Assembly (NCBI GenBank): GCA_963691755.1
Contig: OY829366.1
Coordinates: forward strand, 622,534 to 686,533
Length of the DNA: 64,000 nt
Source of the DNA: Dinoroseobacter sp.
GTDB lineage: Bacteria > Pseudomonadota > Alphaproteobacteria > Rhodobacterales > Rhodobacteraceae
Reading direction: 5' to 3'
This document shows positions 36,697 to 45,435 of the stretch, piece by piece. Position 1 is the stretch's first letter; every line of letters begins with the position of its first letter. The translations under genes and the position numbers were made by a program. A model generated the notes under the pieces. That model did no database searches, was not told the origin of the DNA, and saw only the letters and a program-made list of their open reading frames with translations.

Positions 36697-36711
36697 GTAA
36701 ACAATCCGTAA
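36697..36711. promoter_or_regulatory. TTAC-N7-TTAC direct repeat in the flgJ-like/fliK divergent region
   Basis: The plus strand reads GTAAacaatccGTAA, which is TTACggattgtTTAC on the minus strand. It lies 46 nt upstream of the fliK ATG 36757. Confidence 0.2.
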
Positions 36712-36756
36712 CGTCTTCTGTCGTATGCCTCTGTGGTCTTCCACGAAGAGTTTCGT

Positions 36757-38241
36757 ATGCAGGGTCAATCGATCACAGACACAGCAAGTCTACCTGTCTC
36801 TCAGGCGTCACCAAGCTTCAGTCAGGATGTTGTGCGTAGCCTGAAGCGCGGAAGCGTTCGCCCGGATTCTGATCGCGATTTGCAAGGTGCCACATTTGAT
36901 CGCTTCATTGCTCAGAAAGCTTCAGGCAAAGACATCGCAAGCAAGGAAGACGGAACATCTGATCTGAAATCGAATGCTGAGGAAGCCCATTCCTCCAGTG
37001 TCGATACCGGTGACGCACTTGCAGATCATGAAACGCCAGAAGCGACTTGGCAGGTATCACTGCCGATGCCGTCATATTCTAAGAGTGTTTCAGATGAGCT
37101 GGGGTATAATTTGAATTCTCCAGAGCTTTCAATGAAGGCTGCAAGCCAACGCGGTTCTGCATCCGATCAGGATAAAGCCCGAGAAGGCAGTCAGATTGAT
37201 TCCGCGGGTTCAAAAGGCAGTGCTCGAATTGCGACAACACCCGATGTAGTCGAGAGTCAGTCCTTGTTTCGAAAGGTGCAATTGGGGATGTCATCGCCAA
37301 CTTTCGCAAAAAATGCAGGCTCTGAGGCGATAGCTGGAGATAGTATTAATCCAGTCCCGTTCCGCGCCAGATTTCCAGATAAACGAGAGGTTCCTTCTAA
37401 TTCTATCCCGTTTGGGGGTTTGAAAAGCTCACCCGTCCAAGAAACGACGTTGCAACAAACACAAAGCCTTGGGGGAACCGGAAAGCAATTACTTGCGGCC
37501 ATTGAGCAATCCAAAGTTCCACCGAAACTGGGCAAGCTTTCTGGAATGTTTGCTCCAGTTGTCAATTCAGGTGCTTATGACACAGCGGCAAATACGGAAA
37601 GCAAGACTGTGGGTCGGGTATTAGGTACTGCATACTCGTCGCAGACAGTTCTTCCGCCGAGCCTGATACCTCCCAACGCAGGCACAAACTCAAAACCCTA
37701 TCATTTGGATCAAGATGTCCTTTTGAGTGAGGCTCCTGAATTTACAAACCAAACTCTGCCTGCCGAGCGTGGTTCACTACAATCAACTTCAGTCGTTCAA
37801 GCCAGCGCCTCAAGTGTACAGGCGGCGAACGCTCAAATCATGCGCCAGATTATTGATTCAGCTAGTACACTAACTAAAACAGGCGGTTCAGTTGAATTAA
37901 CACTGAACCCTAAAGAGCTCGGAAAGTTGCGAATGGTGGTTTCACCGGCAGAAACCGGTGGACTGGTGTATATCTCAGCTGAACGCGCGGAAACGTTGGA
38001 GCTTGTTCAAAGAAATCTAGAGATGCTTCGGCGTGATTTAAAGGATGCTGGTTGGTCCAATGTGGCGATTTCGTTGGCGGACCTCTCTCTTGAGGGTTCC
38101 GCTCATCAAGGCAACGCCGGGCCGGGTGCTGAACAGCCAAGTATTAATACAGAGGCGCCGGAAGTGGATGATATCCCAGAAGCAGAACGCCTGTTGCAGA
38201 CCTCAAAGAGCGTTCGTTCCGGCCTTGATATGCGAGTTTGA
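36757..38241 (+). CDS. fliK: Flagellar hook-length control protein FliK
   Basis: It has a long low-complexity S/P/T/Q-rich body. It has the C-terminal Flg_hook domain (VELTLNPKELGKLRMVVSPAETGGLVYISAERAETLELVQRNLEMLRRDLKDAGW). The start is ATG 36757, or 36733 as in the ORF track. Confidence 0.85.
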   Translation: MQGQSITDTASLPVSQASPSFSQDVVRSLKRGSVRPDSDRDLQGATFDRFIAQKASGKDIASKEDGTSDLKSNAEEAHSSSVDTGDALADHETPEATWQVSLPMPSYSKSVSDELGYNLNSPELSMKAASQRGSASDQDKAREGSQIDSAGSKGSARIATTPDVVESQSLFRKVQLGMSSPTFAKNAGSEAIAGDSINPVPFRARFPDKREVPSNSIPFGGLKSSPVQETTLQQTQSLGGTGKQLLAAIEQSKVPPKLGKLSGMFAPVVNSGAYDTAANTESKTVGRVLGTAYSSQTVLPPSLIPPNAGTNSKPYHLDQDVLLSEAPEFTNQTLPAERGSLQSTSVVQASASSVQAANAQIMRQIIDSASTLTKTGGSVELTLNPKELGKLRMVVSPAETGGLVYISAERAETLELVQRNLEMLRRDLKDAGWSNVAISLADLSLEGSAHQGNAGPGAEQPSINTEAPEVDDIPEAERLLQTSKSVRSGLDMRV

Positions 38242-38243
38242 AA

Positions 38244-38909
38244 ATGGATGCTGTTACCTCGGCCATAGCCGCGCCAAATACTGCTAGATCCGCGACAAAG
38301 TCGTCGTCGGGACTTTCGTCTGACTTCGAGACATTTCTTGTCATGCTGACAACACAGATGCAGAATCAGGATCCATTAAACCCGATGGAAAGTTCCGATT
38401 TTGCGGTTCAACTCGCGACATTCTCAGGGGTGGAGCAGCAGGTCAAAACCAACGATTTGCTTTCCGGGCTTGGGACACAGATAGACGTCATGAACTTGGG
38501 TCAACTTGCTGGATGGGTCGGGATGGAGGCACGCAGTAGCGCGCCAGTCCGATTTGAAGGTTCACCCCTCACCCTATTTCCGACAGTCCCAAATACGGCA
38601 GACCGTGCTGAGCTGATCGTAAGCGATGACTCTGGGAAGGTCATTCAGCGTTTGGATTTCAACCCTGGCAGTCAGAAGATTACTTGGGCAGGCGTTGATG
38701 ACGCTGGCGCACCACTACCTGATGGAACGTACCAATTTGTTGTGCAGCCATTTGCTGGGGGCGCTCTCCTTGACATGCAGGCCGTGGAAGCTTTTTCCAT
38801 GATCAAAGAGGTTCGGACCGATGGCGATGAAATCGGGTTGATACTACAAGGTGACATCGAACAATCTGCGCAATCCATTACCGCGCTGCGGACACCTGAA
38901 GCGCCTTAG
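38244..38909 (+). CDS. flgD: Flagellar hook capping/assembly protein FlgD
   Basis: It carries the conserved FlgD N-domain (SSDFETFLVMLTTQMQNQDPLNPMESSDFAVQLATFSGVEQ). ATG 38244 lies just after the fliK stop. Confidence 0.92.
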   Translation: MDAVTSAIAAPNTARSATKSSSGLSSDFETFLVMLTTQMQNQDPLNPMESSDFAVQLATFSGVEQQVKTNDLLSGLGTQIDVMNLGQLAGWVGMEARSSAPVRFEGSPLTLFPTVPNTADRAELIVSDDSGKVIQRLDFNPGSQKITWAGVDDAGAPLPDGTYQFVVQPFAGGALLDMQAVEAFSMIKEVRTDGDEIGLILQGDIEQSAQSITALRTPEAP

Positions 38910-40429
38910 AAACCTGTGGCAATCAATGTGACTAGGACCCCGAAAGCGGCGCCTAAAGTCGCCCAAACCCAGGCATGAGACCGTGGTGTAGGTGCTACAT
39001 CATTGTTAAGCTGCCTTGCTAATGCAGCCTCTGCCAACATCGGAAGTTTTGGACCAAACTTCGTTAAAACGCGTGCAGTTGCTGCCAGATCGCGCAGCAG
39101 TGCGGCTGGACCCACATTCTGACGAATGTAGCGTTCCACGACTGGTTGAGCGACTTCCCAGATATTTATGTGTGGATTGAGGGACCGCGCGACGCCTTCG
39201 ACAACGACCATCGTGCGTTGCAGCAAAATAAGTTCGGTGCGGGTTTCCATGCCAAAGCGTTCCGTGACCTCGAACAGATAAGCCAACAAGTGGGCCATTG
39301 AAATGCGGGAGGCATCCATCCCGAAGATAGGCTCACCAACCGAACGTAACGCTTGGGCAAACTCATCAATATCGCGATCTGCAGGAACGTAGCCCGCTTC
39401 AAAATGAACCTCCGCTACCCGACGGTAGTCCTTTCGAATAAAGCCAATCAGGATTTCGGCGTACACACGGCGTGTATATTCGTCGATCCGCCCCATGATC
39501 CCGAAATCCAAAGCGATGATTTGTCCGGATGGACCGACACGCAAATTGCCTTGGTGCATATCTGCATGAAAATAACCGTCGCGCAGCGCATGGTTGAGAA
39601 ATAGTTGAAGCACGCGGTTGCCCAGATCTTCGGTGTCGATCCCCGCTGCTCGGATCCGATCAACTTCGGACAGCGATATTCCATCCATCCAGCCAAGGGT
39701 CATCGCGCGACGGCTGGACAGATCCCACTTTACTTTAGGAAGTTCAAACTGATCATCTTGCGCCGTATTGGCCGCAAACTCGCCAGCTGCCGAGGCTTCG
39801 AGCCGCAGGTCAAGTTCGCCCCTCACAACACCTTCAAAGTGCTGGATCACATCCATAGGACGCAATCGACGGGCTCCAGGGGCGAGAAGCTCAACAAAGC
39901 GCGCAATCAGATAGAAAGCATCGATGTCCTTTTGAAAGGCGCGCTCGATCCCGGGGCGCAACACTTTGACGGCCACGACTTCGCCGGTATCTGCCAATGT
40001 TGCTTTGTGAACCTGTGCAATTGATGCAGCAGCCACCGCATCTGAAAATTCTGAAAACAGCTCATCCGCAGGAATGCCGAGTTCAGCCAGAACAGCGCGT
40101 TTGGCTTCAGCGGTTGAAAAGGGCGGCAGCTTATCTTGCAGAACTTTCAACTGCCCTGCCAGTTCATCGCCCACCACGTCTGGGCGCGTGGACATGATCT
40201 GACCGAACTTGATGTATGCTGGTCCTAGCGCTGTCAGGGCGCGTGTAACAGGCGGCATGCTTGGATCACCACGAACGCCCAGCCATTGAAAGGGCCAGCC
40301 AAGGATCCGCGCGGCAATGCGCAAACCGGGGGGCGCGTCGAAAGCCTTTAGAGCCACGCGCATCGCGCCCGCCCGCTCAAAGGTCGCGCCGGTCCGTATC
40401 AACCGCCAGATATTGTGCGGTCCACGCAT
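38906..40429 (-). CDS. ubiB: Ubiquinone biosynthesis regulatory kinase-like protein UbiB (ABC1 family)
   Basis: It begins MRGPHNIWRLIRTGATFERAGAM. It has the ABC1 kinase-like core (AAASIAQVHKA...VAVKVLRPG...HADMHQGNL). Two C-terminal TM segments are present. ATG 40429 lies 1 nt after the ubiE stop. Confidence 0.93.
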   Translation of the reverse strand: MRGPHNIWRLIRTGATFERAGAMRVALKAFDAPPGLRIAARILGWPFQWLGVRGDPSMPPVTRALTALGPAYIKFGQIMSTRPDVVGDELAGQLKVLQDKLPPFSTAEAKRAVLAELGIPADELFSEFSDAVAAASIAQVHKATLADTGEVVAVKVLRPGIERAFQKDIDAFYLIARFVELLAPGARRLRPMDVIQHFEGVVRGELDLRLEASAAGEFAANTAQDDQFELPKVKWDLSSRRAMTLGWMDGISLSEVDRIRAAGIDTEDLGNRVLQLFLNHALRDGYFHADMHQGNLRVGPSGQIIALDFGIMGRIDEYTRRVYAEILIGFIRKDYRRVAEVHFEAGYVPADRDIDEFAQALRSVGEPIFGMDASRISMAHLLAYLFEVTERFGMETRTELILLQRTMVVVEGVARSLNPHINIWEVAQPVVERYIRQNVGPAALLRDLAATARVLTKFGPKLPMLAEAALARQLNNDVAPTPRSHAWVWATLGAAFGVLVTLIATGF

Positions 40430-40430
40430 G

Positions 40431-41183
40431 TCAGAGTTTCCAACCAGAATGAAGGGCCGCAACCCCGAAGGTGAGATTGCGATATTTTACCTGAGAAAAC
40501 CCTGCATCGCGGATCATCGTTGCAAATCGTTCCTGGTTTGGGAACTTGCGAATGGACTCAACCAGATATTGATAGCTTTCGCTGTCCCCGGCGATGACTT
40601 GGCCCATTTTGGGTATCAGATTAAACGAATACCTGTCATAGGCCCATTGCATTGCCGGGTTTGGCAAGTGACTAAATTCAAGAACCATCAACCGTCCTCC
40701 GGGTCTCAGCACCCGGTATGCTTCTGACAATGCGTCGTTGATCCGTGTGACATTCCGAATACCAAAGCTGATCGTGTAGACATCAAAGCTGTTGGCTTCG
40801 AATGGTAAGGCCATTGCGTCACCAACCATCCAGTCCAATTGATGGGCGCGATCTTCCGCCTCCGCCCGGTTGCGACCTTCAATCATCATGTCCTCGGTTA
40901 GATCCAGAACGACAGCTGATGCAGTTGGTGCACGTTTAAGAAAACGGAATGCGATGTCTCCGGTGCCACCTGCCACGTCTAGCAGTCGTTGACCGTCGCG
41001 CGGCGACAACCAGTCCATCATCGCGTCTTTCCAGACCCTGTGTACGCCGCCGGACATGACATCGTTCATAATGTCATATTTCGTGGCGACCGAGCTGAAG
41101 ACGCCGCGGACGCGACCCGCCTTTTCAGCCTCAGGAATCGTTTTGAAACCGAAATGTGTGGTTTGATCAGAGTTCTCGGTCAT
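40431..41183 (-). CDS. ubiE: Demethylmenaquinone/ubiquinone C-methyltransferase UbiE
   Basis: It has [44 protein letters not shown]. It has the SAM-binding motif [12 protein letters not shown]. Confidence 0.95.
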   Translation of the reverse strand: MTENSDQTTHFGFKTIPEAEKAGRVRGVFSSVATKYDIMNDVMSGGVHRVWKDAMMDWLSPRDGQRLLDVAGGTGDIAFRFLKRAPTASAVVLDLTEDMMIEGRNRAEAEDRAHQLDWMVGDAMALPFEANSFDVYTISFGIRNVTRINDALSEAYRVLRPGGRLMVLEFSHLPNPAMQWAYDRYSFNLIPKMGQVIAGDSESYQYLVESIRKFPNQERFATMIRDAGFSQVKYRNLTFGVAALHSGWKL

Positions 41184-41270
41184 TGGGGCCTTGCCGTTTT
41201 TTCATGCTAACCTTCCTTATAGGGTCCGTCTGGGGTGATACAACGCACCGCGACAACATGGAGAGCCCCT

Positions 41271-42137
41271 TTGCCTGAACTGCCCGAAGTCGAGACGGTA
41301 CGTCGCGGACTGGAACCGGTCCTGACCAATCAACGCATTGCGTATGCAGACATCCGTCGCCCGGATCTGCGTTGGCCGTTCCCAAAGAACATGAAATCGC
41401 GTCTCGAAGGTCAGCGTGTGACCCATGTTGGAAGGCGATCCAAATACCTACTGATCGAATTGGACAGTGGAGAAACCTTGCTCGTTCACCTGGGAATGTC
41501 GGGGCGGATCCTAATTCATCACCCATCGTTAGATCGGGCGCAGATCGGTAACTTTACTCATGCGCATCCTGCTATCGAGAAACACGATCATGTCGTGCTA
41601 GATCTGTGCTCAGGGGTGCGGATCGTATTTAACGATCCGAGACGGTTCGGAGCGATGGACCTGATGAAGACCGAAATGCGCGATGCGCACAAACTTTTAT
41701 CAGTCCTTGGGCCGGAACCATTAGGAAACCAGTTTAATGCTGAGCATCTGATTGCCGCGTTTAACGGCAAGCGAGCGCCTGTGAAGTCTGCCTTACTTGA
41801 CCAGAGAATCGTTTCGGGGCTTGGGAACATCTACGTCTGCGAAGCTTTATTCCGGGCGGGTATCTCTCCGAAACGTCTTGCAGGTCGTATTTCAGCAACA
41901 CGTGTTTCCAGCTTGGTGCCCATTATTCAGCAGGTTCTGATGGACGCAATTGAAGCGGGTGGATCATCGTTGCGTGACTACAGGCAAGCTGATGGGGATC
42001 TTGGATATTTTCAGCACGCTTTTCGAGTTTATGGGAGGGAAGCGCAGCCCTGTCTGACACCCGGATGCGAAGGGATTGTCGCCCGAGTCGTTCAATCGGG
42101 TCGATCGAGCTTCTATTGCCCAACGTGCCAAAGATAG
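41271..42137 (+). CDS. mutM: Formamidopyrimidine-DNA glycosylase (Fpg/MutM)
   Basis: TTG 41271 gives [14 protein letters not shown], with the catalytic N-terminal Pro. It has the H2TH motif and a C-terminal zinc finger (CLTPGC...FYCPTCQ). The ORF track start (41235) is over-extended. Confidence 0.93.
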   Translation: MPELPEVETVRRGLEPVLTNQRIAYADIRRPDLRWPFPKNMKSRLEGQRVTHVGRRSKYLLIELDSGETLLVHLGMSGRILIHHPSLDRAQIGNFTHAHPAIEKHDHVVLDLCSGVRIVFNDPRRFGAMDLMKTEMRDAHKLLSVLGPEPLGNQFNAEHLIAAFNGKRAPVKSALLDQRIVSGLGNIYVCEALFRAGISPKRLAGRISATRVSSLVPIIQQVLMDAIEAGGSSLRDYRQADGDLGYFQHAFRVYGREAQPCLTPGCEGIVARVVQSGRSSFYCPTCQR

Positions 42138-42200
42138 CTTGAACCTGCTGACCCAGTTGGTAACCCTTCGCAAAAATTAGGGTCTGAACGGAGCCGCTGC

Positions 42201-42977
42201 ATGGCCTACAACTCGATTATCGTCGAGATCTCCGAGCATATTGCGTTGATCAAGCTCAACCGGCCTGATGCGCTGAATGCATTGAACACCGAGCTTTTGA
42301 CTGAATTGGCTGAGGCGGTAACCAAGGCCAGCAGCAATGACAAAGTGCGGGTCATTGTTCTGACCGGGTCCGAAAAAGCTTTTGCTGCAGGTGCAGATAT
42401 CACCGAAATGGCAGATAAAACCTTTGTCGATGTCTACATGTCTGACCTTTTTGCGCCTGAACAGGAGCGCCTTTTGGCGTGCCGAAAGCCGATAATCGCG
42501 GCTGTCGCCGGGTATGCCCTGGGTGGTGGATGTGAGTTGGCAATGATGTGCGACTTTATCATTGCGGCTGACACGGCGAAGTTTGGCCAGCCAGAGATTA
42601 ACTTGGGTGTTGTCGCGGGGATGGGCGGAACACAACGACTGACGCGCCTGGTCGGAAGGTCCAAGTCCATGGACATGCATTTGACGGGCCGCTTCATGGG
42701 GGCGGAAGAAGCCGAAAAATCCGGTTTGGTTTCTCGTGTTGTTCCGGCGAAAAAACTTATGGATGAAGCTATGAGCGCAGCCCATAAGATCGCTGAGAAA
42801 TCTGTTTTGGCATCAATGGCCGTGAAAGAAGCGGTCAACAAGGCCGAGGAAATGTCGCTTCGGGACGGCCTTCTGTTTGAGCGCAGACTTTTCCATTCGC
42901 TCTTTGCGACTGAAGATCAGACCGAAGGCATGGCGGCGTTTCGCGAGAAGCGCGAAGCGCAGTTCCGCGACCGCTAG
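42201..42977 (+). CDS. Enoyl-CoA hydratase (crotonase family)
   Basis: It has [16 protein letters not shown]...[20 protein letters not shown]...[19 protein letters not shown], which includes the crotonase oxyanion-hole motifs. Confidence 0.9.
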   Translation: MAYNSIIVEISEHIALIKLNRPDALNALNTELLTELAEAVTKASSNDKVRVIVLTGSEKAFAAGADITEMADKTFVDVYMSDLFAPEQERLLACRKPIIAAVAGYALGGGCELAMMCDFIIAADTAKFGQPEINLGVVAGMGGTQRLTRLVGRSKSMDMHLTGRFMGAEEAEKSGLVSRVVPAKKLMDEAMSAAHKIAEKSVLASMAVKEAVNKAEEMSLRDGLLFERRLFHSLFATEDQTEGMAAFREKREAQFRDR

Positions 42978-43008
42978 TCGGTTTGTCAGAAATCGATACG
43001 CTACCCTG

Positions 43009-43037
43009 TTGACTTGACGGCGAGTCACGCCTATCAG
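43009..43037 (+). promoter_or_regulatory. Candidate sigma70-type promoter of rpsT
   Basis: TTGACT (43009-43014), a 17-nt spacer, then TATCAG (43032-43037). It lies about 45 nt upstream of the rpsT start. This is a motif match only. Confidence 0.4.
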
Positions 43038-43081
43038 CGCGGTCTCAGAATTATTCTATTCCAAATTCGTTGGAGAGCCCG

Positions 43082-43348
43082 TTGGCCAACTCGCCTCAAG
43101 CAAAGAAACGCGCCCGTCAAACAGAGCGCCGCACCGAAGTGAACAAAGCGCGTCGCTCGCGAATTCGCACCTACCTGCGTAAGGTAGAAGAAGCGATCGC
43201 TGGCGGAAACGCTGACAATGCCGCAGCAGCGCTGAAAGAAGCACAGCCTGAATTGATGCGTGGCGTTACCAAGGGTGTTCTGCATAAGAATACCGCGTCC
43301 CGTAAAATGTCGCGCTTGGCGGCACGCGTGAAAGCTCTCTCAGCTTAA
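43082..43348 (+). CDS. rpsT: 30S ribosomal protein S20
   Basis: TTG 43082 gives [39 protein letters not shown], the canonical S20 N-terminus. Confidence 0.95.
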   Translation: MANSPQAKKRARQTERRTEVNKARRSRIRTYLRKVEEAIAGGNADNAAAALKEAQPELMRGVTKGVLHKNTASRKMSRLAARVKALSA

Positions 43349-43371
43349 GACTTGCATAATTGCAACAGGTG

Positions 43372-43398
43372 AGCGCCCCGTTTTGGGGCGCTTTTTAT
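43372..43398 (+). terminator. Rho-independent terminator of rpsT
   Basis: An 8-bp GC-rich stem (AGCGCCCC / GGGGCGCT) encloses a 5-nt loop and is followed by TTTTAT. It lies 24 nt after the rpsT stop. Confidence 0.75.
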
Positions 43399-43776
43399 GT
43401 TTAGTCCGATATTTCAAACTCGTAACAATATGAATATGTCGTACAACCTGAGCGTGTATATAGATTCGTTTGGATTAACCTCGTGTCAATATCCTTGTTT
43501 GGGGTGACGACTCGGCAATCGCTTGCTACCCAAGGTATCAGCGAGTCATTCGTACAAAAAAGGCGAGTTTGAAGCGTGGGACCATAGGTTCTATGTGATG
43601 TAATGAATTGTGTGTGCGGTTAGCCGGACATATTCAGAGTTAACATCACAGCGTTTTTAAGTGTGGGGGAGGCCGGATTGGGATCCGGTACGCTCCTGTG
43701 TGATTGAAGTGCTGGGTCAAGTACGCCCGCACGCGAAGACATGCCTTTTCATCGCCCGGCAAGGGGGCAGAGGGAC

Positions 43777-43797
43777 ACCGTTTCGCTGCGAAACGGT
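43777..43797 (+). promoter_or_regulatory. Perfect 9-bp stem-loop in the dnaA upstream/leader region
   Basis: ACCGTTTCG-ctg-CGAAACGGT, followed by a moderately T-rich stretch, lies 140 nt upstream of the dnaA ATG. Its function is unknown. Confidence 0.3.
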
Positions 43798-43936
43798 ACG
43801 ATCTGTTCTTTCGGGTTAATCGTGCAGCCCATTGCGGGGGCGGTATGGGTGAACTGCTAAAGACTGGGGTTGCCTTCAGTGCGAGGGCGAGGGGTCTGCA
43901 ACAGGCAGGCACGAAAACGATAAAAAAGGGCCAAGA

Positions 43937-45304
43937 ATGACACAGGACACTTGGGGTCGTGTGCGAGATGAACTCAAAAAAGAAGTTGGGAAAAACAATT
44001 ATTTAACCTGGATCGAGCCGCTGAAGCTCGCAGATTGTGACAACGGTGTCGCCCGATTTGAAGTACCGACCAGTTTTGTCGGAACATGGGTAAAGCGAAA
44101 CTTTGGAGATCGCATCGTTCACCACCTGAGCGCTGCAGGGGCACGTGTTGACCGCATCGAATTTGACGTATCCGCGCCAGTAACGGCTGCTCCAAAGCGG
44201 GCGGACACCGCTGCCACCTCACCAGCCCACCCAAGTAGTCCTGCGAGCGACATTACGGCGTTTGAGAACAGCTCTCCACTTGATAGCCGTCTGACCTTTA
44301 GCAGTTTTGTCGTCGGTAAGCCGAACGAGCTAGCGCATGCGGCGGCACGACGTGTTGCAGAAGGCGGCCCTGTCTCGTTCAATCCGCTCTTCCTTTACGG
44401 AGGTGTTGGCCTCGGTAAGACCCATCTTATGCACGCGATTGCATGGGAGGCACGCGTGCGCAACCCAGAGTTGAAAGTGCTGTACTTGTCTGCTGAGCAG
44501 TTCATGTATCGTTTCGTAAAGGCTCTGCGTGATCGCAATACCCTAGGCTTCAAGGATCTGTACCGCTCCGTAGATATTCTGATGGTCGATGACGTTCAGT
44601 TCATCGCGGGCAAGGACAGCACCCAGGACGAGTTTTTCCACACGTTTAATGCTTTGATCGATCAGAAGAAGCAGATCATTATCTCGGGGGATCGGGCGCC
44701 GGGTGAGATCGATGGCTTGGAAGAGCGCATCAAAAGCCGACTACAGCGCGGGCTAGTTGTTGACCTGCATCCGACTGACTATGAACTTCGCTTGGGCATC
44801 TTGCAGCAGAAGCTCGATGAGCATCTCGCAACCGGCGAATCTCTCGTGATTGCAGATGGCGTTCTTGAATTCCTTGCGCATCGTATCACCTCCAATGTCC
44901 GCGTACTCGAAGGGGCGCTGACGCGTCTCTTCGCGTTTGGGTCTCTTGTTGGCCGCGATATTACGCTTGATGTCGCACAGGACTGTCTTGCGGATATCCT
45001 GCGCGCGTCTGAGCGCAAAATCACCGTTGATGAAATCATGCGGAAGGTGTCAGAGCACTATAACGTGCGTATTGCAGATCTTTTGGGGCCAAAACGGACG
45101 CGTACAATTGCGCGCCCCCGTCAGGTCGCAATGTATCTCGCGAAAACCATGACGCAACGGAGCCTGCCTGAGATCGGGCGCAGATTTGGTGGACGGGACC
45201 ATACCACCGTTATTCACGCGGTTCGTAAGATCAAAGAACTGCAGGACAGCGATCAGCGCATTGCAGAAGACGTGGTGCTGCTGCGGCGTTCACTCGAGTC
45301 CTGA
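43937..45304 (+). CDS. dnaA: Chromosomal replication initiator DnaA
   Basis: It has the AAA+ Walker A (LFLYGGVGLGKTHLMHA). It has the domain IV DNA-binding signature (RQVAMYLAKTMTQRSLPEIGRRFGGRDHTTVIHAVRKI). Confidence 0.97.
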   Translation: MTQDTWGRVRDELKKEVGKNNYLTWIEPLKLADCDNGVARFEVPTSFVGTWVKRNFGDRIVHHLSAAGARVDRIEFDVSAPVTAAPKRADTAATSPAHPSSPASDITAFENSSPLDSRLTFSSFVVGKPNELAHAAARRVAEGGPVSFNPLFLYGGVGLGKTHLMHAIAWEARVRNPELKVLYLSAEQFMYRFVKALRDRNTLGFKDLYRSVDILMVDDVQFIAGKDSTQDEFFHTFNALIDQKKQIIISGDRAPGEIDGLEERIKSRLQRGLVVDLHPTDYELRLGILQQKLDEHLATGESLVIADGVLEFLAHRITSNVRVLEGALTRLFAFGSLVGRDITLDVAQDCLADILRASERKITVDEIMRKVSEHYNVRIADLLGPKRTRTIARPRQVAMYLAKTMTQRSLPEIGRRFGGRDHTTVIHAVRKIKELQDSDQRIAEDVVLLRRSLES

Positions 45305-45435
45305 GCACACCACATTTGGTGCGATGAATTGTCGGGGCCTTGACGGCCTCGACAAACCCATAAACAGTCCTGAAAACGCTTGTGGTAAACGCAGGTTCCG
45401 GTAGTCTAACGGACCCGAGGTCAGGAGCATTGGGT

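Noticed and set aside
38906-38909. Four convergent gene pairs overlap at their 3' ends: flgD/ubiB (4 nt), recF/gyrB (4 nt, 47701-47704), pncB/arfB (4 nt, 62911-62914) and selD/selU (14 nt, 58166-58179).
   Set aside because: These overlaps are real in the sequence, but they are a common consequence of genome compaction. By themselves they give no evidence of antisense regulation.
43349-43936. I considered calling the rpsT-dnaA spacer the chromosomal origin (oriC).
   Set aside because: I found no cluster of DnaA boxes. The best matches to TTATCCACA/TGTGGATAA are 6-7 of 9, for example TTTGGATTA and TGTGGGGGA. In many Alphaproteobacteria oriC is not next to dnaA. I kept the region as a structural observation only.
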